A stretch of 10,027 bases of DNA from Candidatus Brocadiia bacterium. GTDB taxonomy: Bacteria > Planctomycetota > Brocadiia > CAIUPP01. The position numbers and the translations under genes are program-made. The stretch covers positions 1 through 10,027 of the forward strand of contig JBEKCB010000055.1 in the NCBI GenBank assembly GCA_050015075.1, written 5' to 3'. Below are positions 7,265-10,027 of the stretch, piece after piece. Within the stretch, counting starts at the first letter, position 1; every line of letters starts with the position of its first letter. The notes beneath the pieces were generated by a model, which was given only the letters and a program-made list of their open reading frames with translations, made no database searches and was not told the DNA's origin.

Positions 7265-8192
7265 GGTCGCTCCCGCTCGTCCGGGCCATGCGCAGCCGGC
7301 GCAATTTCCGCACGACCGCTTTCGGCAGGTGAGAGCGGAGCAGGTAGTTGAACGCCTTCCAGTTCCAGCGGTAACGGAGCGAGCGATGGAACTCCCCGCG
7401 CGCGTCGGTCATCCTGAAGTCCGCGTAATGCGCCATCCCGAACCTGAAATGCGCCCGGCTTAGCGAATCCGCCGCCAGGTCGGAATACAGGTCCGGCCGC
7501 CGCGCGAGCGCCTTCTGGATCACGAGCAGGTTGTACTTCGGGTACAAGTCCTGGTGCGTGACCGAGAGGCTTCCGCCGTGCAGCCGGCGCTCGGTCAGGA
7601 TTTCAGGGACGTGCACGTAGTCATATTGTTCGGCCAGCCGCACCATCAGGTCCCAGTCCTGCGCGCGGAAGAACTCCTCGTCGAAAAACCCGACCTTGTC
7701 CAGCGCGGCGCGCCACACGACCAGCGTCGAAGTGTTCACCCCTTTGCACTCGAGGAACAGCGCGCGCGCGAGGTTGCCGCTCATCGTGTACTGCGGCAGC
7801 GGGTACTTGCGCCCCGTGTCGAGTTCGTGGATGCGCACCGCCGTGTAGGCGACGCCGGCGTCCCGCGCGCCCTCGAGCGCGGCCACGCACCGGGAGATCT
7901 TCTCCGGCATCCACAGGTCGTCCGAATCCAGGAACCCGATCCATTCGCCCCGCGACGCGCGGATGCCGGCGTTGCGCGCCACGGCCGGCCCGCGATGCTC
8001 CTGCCGGATGACCGAAATCCGGCTTCCGAACCGCGCGAGACGCGCGGGCGTATCATCGGTGGACCCGTCGTCCACCACGATCACCTCGACCTTCGGCCAG
8101 GACTGCGCGAGGGCGCTCGCCACCGCTTCCGGCACGAGCGCGCCGTGATTGTAGGTCGGGATCACCACTGAGACGAGGGCATCAGCGGCCAC
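7257..8192 (-). CDS. GT2-family (GT-A) glycosyltransferase, ~311 aa
   Basis: LVSVVIPTYN, EVIVVDDGSTDDT, GPAVARNAGI, GEWIGFLDSDDLW (DxD), GFFDEEFFRAQDWDLMVRL. The start is best placed at GTG 8192 (GGAGG 6 nt upstream), not 8288. Confidence 0.93.
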   Translation of the reverse strand: MAADALVSVVIPTYNHGALVPEAVASALAQSWPKVEVIVVDDGSTDDTPARLARFGSRISVIRQEHRGPAVARNAGIRASRGEWIGFLDSDDLWMPEKISRCVAALEGARDAGVAYTAVRIHELDTGRKYPLPQYTMSGNLARALFLECKGVNTSTLVVWRAALDKVGFFDEEFFRAQDWDLMVRLAEQYDYVHVPEILTERRLHGGSLSVTHQDLYPKYNLLVIQKALARRPDLYSDLAADSLSRAHFRFGMAHYADFRMTDARGEFHRSLRYRWNWKAFNYLLRSHLPKAVVRKLRRLRMARTSGSDHG

Positions 8193-8532
8193 GCGTTGCC
8201 TCCGCCGGCCGCCGCGCCGAGAGGAGGCGCGCGACCTTCGCCTTGGAGCCCAGCGACTTCCGCAGCAGCGCGGCGGCCTCGGCGGCAAACGCGCGCGACA
8301 TCCGCTGCATCGCGCCGCGGCCGGCGCGCGTGATCGCGTAACGCGCCGCCTCTTTCGCGCGCGGCCCGCCCGACTTGATCAGCCCGTCGCTCTCCAGCCC
8401 GCGCAGCAGCGCGTTGGCCAGTCCGAGCGACACTTCCAGCCTCGACGCCAGCGACCGCTGCGTGATCGTGCCATCCGCAGCGATCTCCGCCAGCGCGGCC
8501 AGCCGCCGCTGCAACTCCGGGAATCTGCTCAC
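8182..8532 (-). CDS. Winged-helix transcriptional regulator, EPS-associated MarR-like family
   Basis: ITQRSLASRLEVSLGLANALLRGLESDGLIK...RYAITRAG matches the QRxLA..lgvSLG..N..l..L...Glik...Y.lT..G pattern of MarR-type regulators that head polysaccharide loci. GTG 8532 has GGAGG 5 nt upstream (the ORF track uses 8538). Confidence 0.85.
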   Translation of the reverse strand: MSRFPELQRRLAALAEIAADGTITQRSLASRLEVSLGLANALLRGLESDGLIKSGGPRAKEAARYAITRAGRGAMQRMSRAFAAEAAALLRKSLGSKAKVARLLSARRPAEATRGR

Positions 8533-8570
8533 GGCCACCTCCTCGCATGAATGGGGCGTTCAGGGATTGA

Positions 8571-8599
8571 ACTGTACCGCAAGCCGCGCCGCCCGTCAA
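8571..8599 (-). promoter_or_regulatory. Putative sigma70-type promoter for the leftward operon
   Basis: Minus strand: TTGACG (8599-8594), 17-nt spacer, TACAGT (8576-8571). Confidence 0.6.
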
Positions 8600-8632
8600 G
8601 CCGGGAGTGAGAGCGCGTTCGCCACCGGGCAT

Positions 8633-8660
8633 TTGCAACCGCTTCCGGGAGTGATATAAT
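8633..8660 (+). promoter_or_regulatory. Putative sigma70-type promoter for the kinase gene
   Basis: TTGCAA (8633-8638), 16-nt spacer, TATAAT (8655-8660), with an extended -10 (TGnTATAAT). Confidence 0.7.
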
Positions 8661-8685
8661 CCGGCCGCGCGCGGTTCAGACGATC

Positions 8686-9645
8686 ATGGGAGCGGCGGTG
8701 TCCGAAATCACAAAAGCGGAAGACCTCGTCCCGCCCGGTTTCCGGCGGATCGAGGAAGGGAACGCGGTCCTCGTCGTACGCGAGGTCTGGGCCGAGGCGG
8801 CGCACCGGGTCCTCGCGCCGCTGTACCAGGCCTGGGCGCGGATGGCCCAGCGCCGATTCACCGCGCAGGGCCGCGCCGGGATCGTCTCCTTTCCGCTGGG
8901 GAAAAACCTTCCCACGATGATGGTGCGACGGTACGTCCACGGCGGCGTGTTCGCGCGGGTCGGGCGCGATCTCTATTGGGGCATGGACCGCGCGCTGGCG
9001 GAGCTGATCGTCGCCGAGTCCGCGAAGCGCGGCGGCGTGCGAACGCCCGACCCGATCGGCGTGCTCGGCCAGCGGATGCACGGCCCGCTCTGGCGGTTGG
9101 CTTTCCTCAGCGCCGAGGTGACGGAGTCGGAGGATCTGATCCACTACGGCTGCCGGCTGAGCGAATATCCACCCGAGACGGCCGCGCTGGAGAAGCGCGG
9201 CGTGATCCGCGAGGCCGCGCTGCAGGTCCGCAAGATGCACGACCTGGGCATTGACCATGCCGACCTGCACCTGAAGAACCTGCTCCTGCGCCGCCGTGCG
9301 GATGCCACGCCGGAGGTGTACCTGCTCGATTTCGACCGCGCGTTGTCCGGGCCGCCGCTGGACTCGGAACGGCGGCTGAATAACCTCAAGCGACTGGCCC
9401 GGTCCGTCCGCAAGGTACGCATCGCGGATACGGTTCTGACCGCGTGGGACCGGCTTCGGTTCGTGCGCGATTACGTGCAGGGGCACCCGGACGCGCACGC
9501 GCTGATGCGCCGGTGGGCCAAGCGCCTCGCCTCCAGCGGCCGCGCGCACGAAGCCTGGTGGACGGCCACGGGCGCGAAAAGGAACCTCCGCGGCGACGGC
9601 CTCGGCACGTTGGCGGGCCCGCGCTCGATGGGCACCCGCCGATGA
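8686..9645 (+). CDS. Lipopolysaccharide/Kdo kinase (KdkA-like; Kdo/WaaP family)
   Basis: GRAG, RRYVHGG (cf. KdkA RHYxRGG), GVRTPDP, MHDLGIDHADLHLKNLLL (catalytic loop), YLLDFDR and NNLKRLARSVRK. Alternative start GTG 8698 with GGGAG 5 nt upstream. Confidence 0.85.
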   Translation: MGAAVSEITKAEDLVPPGFRRIEEGNAVLVVREVWAEAAHRVLAPLYQAWARMAQRRFTAQGRAGIVSFPLGKNLPTMMVRRYVHGGVFARVGRDLYWGMDRALAELIVAESAKRGGVRTPDPIGVLGQRMHGPLWRLAFLSAEVTESEDLIHYGCRLSEYPPETAALEKRGVIREAALQVRKMHDLGIDHADLHLKNLLLRRRADATPEVYLLDFDRALSGPPLDSERRLNNLKRLARSVRKVRIADTVLTAWDRLRFVRDYVQGHPDAHALMRRWAKRLASSGRAHEAWWTATGAKRNLRGDGLGTLAGPRSMGTRR

Positions 9646-9843
9646 AAAGCGCGCCCGCCGACTCGCGCCTCGATTCAGTGTGAGGACGCGTCGGTCGCCG
9701 CTCGCGCCCTGGCCGAAGTTCACTTGGCCACTCGCAATTTCGAGGGGTAACGATGGCGTATTCCAAAGTGGGCGAGCGGATCCGGACAGGAAATCAGGCC
9801 TGACAGGCGAACTCGGAAGGAGTAGCCGCTTCTGAAAGTCACT

Positions 9844-9930
9844 GTCATTCCGAGCGGAGCGAGGAATCTCCTGCGCAGCACGCTGGCTACGGTTTAAGGT
9901 GTGAGATGCTTCGCTGCGCTCAGTTATGAT
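9844..9930. repeat. REP-like long palindrome (GTCAT...GAGCG.AGCGA.GAATCTC type)
   Basis: Left arm GTCATTCCGAGCGGAGCGAGGAATCTC (9844-9870) is imperfectly complementary to right arm GAGATGCTTCGCTGCGCTCAGTTATGAT (9903-9930), with a 32-nt loop. Only one copy is visible in the window. Confidence 0.7.
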
Positions 9931-10027
9931 GAAGGCCGTTCCTCCTGCGAAGGAGTACAATCCTTCGCGGCAGAAACATTTCTCTGATAGGAGGAACGGC
10001 CATAAGTCATCGTACTTGGAAGTTGGG
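9925..10027 (+). mobile_element. Possible left end of an IS110/IS1111-family element (or remnant): -10-like TATGAT plus a 13-bp inverted repeat sequestering an AGGAGG SD
   Basis: TATGAT at 9925-9930. GGCCGTTCCTCCT (9934-9946) pairs perfectly with AGGAGGAACGGCC (9989-10001). Internal hairpin GCGAAGGA-GTACAA-TCCTTCGC. No transposase is visible in the window, so the family call is an inference. Confidence 0.4.

Noticed and set aside
5724-7463. ORFs 5756..7351 (+), 5724..6569 (-), 6576..7079 (-) and similar
   Set aside because: Shadow or alternative frames overlapping the well-supported radical SAM gene.
8193-8288. N-terminal extension of the GT2 ORF, and ORF 8162..8638
   Set aside because: Both overlap the MarR-like gene in other frames. 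The GT2 domain starts right after GTG 8192, which has a good SD.
9794-9828. Resemblance to SRP RNA helix 8 (CAGG...CGGAAGGA..AGC)
   Set aside because: The sequence is CAGGCGAACTCGGAAGGAGTAGCC. It lacks the conserved CAGGUCC-GGAA-GGAAGCAGC register and symmetric loop, and has no long closing helix.
8596-9960. 454-aa minus-strand ORF
   Set aside because: Antisense to the kinase. Its N-terminus is a translation of the REP-like palindrome and it has no domain features.
9646-10027. CRISPR array, tRNA or integron attC site
   Set aside because: No regularly spaced direct repeats, no cloverleaf with a T-loop consensus, and no RYYYAAC...GTTRRRY-bounded attC pattern seen.

Overview
GC-rich bacterial window, probably from a Gram-negative organism since it encodes a Kdo/LPS kinase homologue. 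Most of it is one leftward (minus-strand) gene cluster. In transcription order: an EPS-associated MarR-type winged-helix regulator, a GT2 glycosyltransferase, a B12-binding radical SAM enzyme, an MNT-HEPN pair (lower GC, apparently inserted), a GT4 glycosyltransferase, queA, and two tandem paralogous GT-C (GT87/PIG-M-like) membrane proteins. The second paralogue is missing from the ORF track and runs off the left edge. A KdkA-like kinase is transcribed divergently from back-to-back sigma70-like promoters. The last ~380 bp appear non-coding and hairpin-rich. They contain a GTCAT-type REP-like palindrome whose right arm runs into a three-way-junction element that sequesters an AGGAGG Shine-Dalgarno and resembles the left end of an IS110/IS1111-family element. 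All assignments come from motif recognition by eye; no searches were run.
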